Origin: a virus
Taxonomy: Duplodnaviria; Heunggongvirae; Uroviricota; Caudoviricetes; Demerecviridae
Length of the DNA stretch: 14,743 bases
Strand: one strand, 5' to 3'
Virus record (IMG/VR): IMGVR_UViG_2974607751_000001
Coordinates: 99,533 to 114,275 of that record
Below, piece by piece: positions 14,262-14,743 of this stretch. The first letter of the stretch is position 1. Every line of letters begins with the position of its first letter. The position numbers were made by a program, and so were the translations under genes. Below the pieces are notes generated by a model. The model was given only the letters and a program-made list of their open reading frames with translations, searched no databases and had not been told where the DNA came from.

Positions 14262-14743
14262 ATGGCAAATGATGTATTAGTTCCCGATCTCATGTCTCCC
14301 GAAGGCATGGATGTTATTGAAGCCTATTTACAGTGCGGTAGTGATGTTCCTGCCGCTGCTCGTAGTCTTGGGATGTCTGAGATTGCATTCCGTGATATAA
14401 TGAATCGTGGGGAAGTTAAAAACTATCTTAACGATATCTTTATGGAAAGTGGCTTCCGTAATCGTGACCGTTTGTTTGGGGTTCTTGATGAAGTTATCAA
14501 ACGTAAGCTAGAGGAACTTGAAGAAACTGGCATGGGTTCTGACCAGGATATCATGGATATTCTCTGGAAGGCGCACAAGATGAAGATGGAAGAAATGAAG
14601 ATGATGGTAGAACTGGAGAAAGTGAAGGCAGCAGCCCGTACTCCGGCTAACCAGACTAACATTCAGAATAATATTATTGCTGGAAGTGGGGACGAAAACT
14701 ATATGAATCTTATTACCGCTCTAGCAGGAGGAGGTAAGAGATA
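14262..14743 (+). CDS. terS: Terminase small subunit (160 aa; stop codon cut by the window edge)
   Basis: AGGAGG RBS; [26 protein letters not shown]...ALAGGGKR; follows the RBP gene as in T5. Missing from the ORF track because the stop is incomplete. Confidence 0.88.
   Translation, partial: MANDVLVPDLMSPEGMDVIEAYLQCGSDVPAAARSLGMSEIAFRDIMNRGEVKNYLNDIFMESGFRNRDRLFGVLDEVIKRKLEELEETGMGSDQDIMDILWKAHKMKMEEMKMMVELEKVKAAARTPANQTNIQNNIIAGSGDENYMNLITALAGGGKR

Noticed and set aside
2173-14662. Shadow ORFs (2173, 3575, 3981, 4978, 7048, 7794, 9141, 9343, 10156, 10836, 11119, 11154, 14423)
   Set aside because: They are antisense or out-of-frame to better-supported genes, or lie in regulatory DNA, and have no RBS.

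Overview
This window is a segment of a T5-like phage genome (Demerecviridae; Tequintavirus/Epseptimavirus type), shown in reverse orientation relative to the standard T5 map. From left to right it contains: (1) the 3' end of the first second-step-transfer (SST) early gene; (2) the repeat-rich, non-coding injection-stop (iss)-like region with a T5-type nick consensus; (3) a minus-strand pre-early operon of small hypothetical genes; (4) a 1.1 kb non-coding divergent region; (5) the plus-strand pre-early operon containing A2, A1 and dmp; (6) the probable terminal-repeat junction at about 11.05-11.1 kb; (7) four small membrane-protein genes plus one soluble ORF; (8) llp, the receptor-binding protein gene (pb5/oad-type, 593 aa) and the small terminase subunit gene. 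Both flanks of the first-step-transfer (FST) DNA are contiguous here, so the terminal repeat appears collapsed (circular assembly or concatemer). The most striking unexplained structure is in the non-coding FST DNA, which is densely loaded with host-protein sites. A ~130 bp cassette (Fur-like box, four DnaA-like 9-mers, near-perfect LexA box) occurs twice in inverted orientation around the minus-strand operon. Four tandem Fur-like boxes sit beside the nick site. rRNA-type boxA antitermination elements follow both promoters of the A2/A1/dmp operon. A strong promoter fires an ORF-less, structured transcript into iss. All gene identities come from recalled family features, not database searches.
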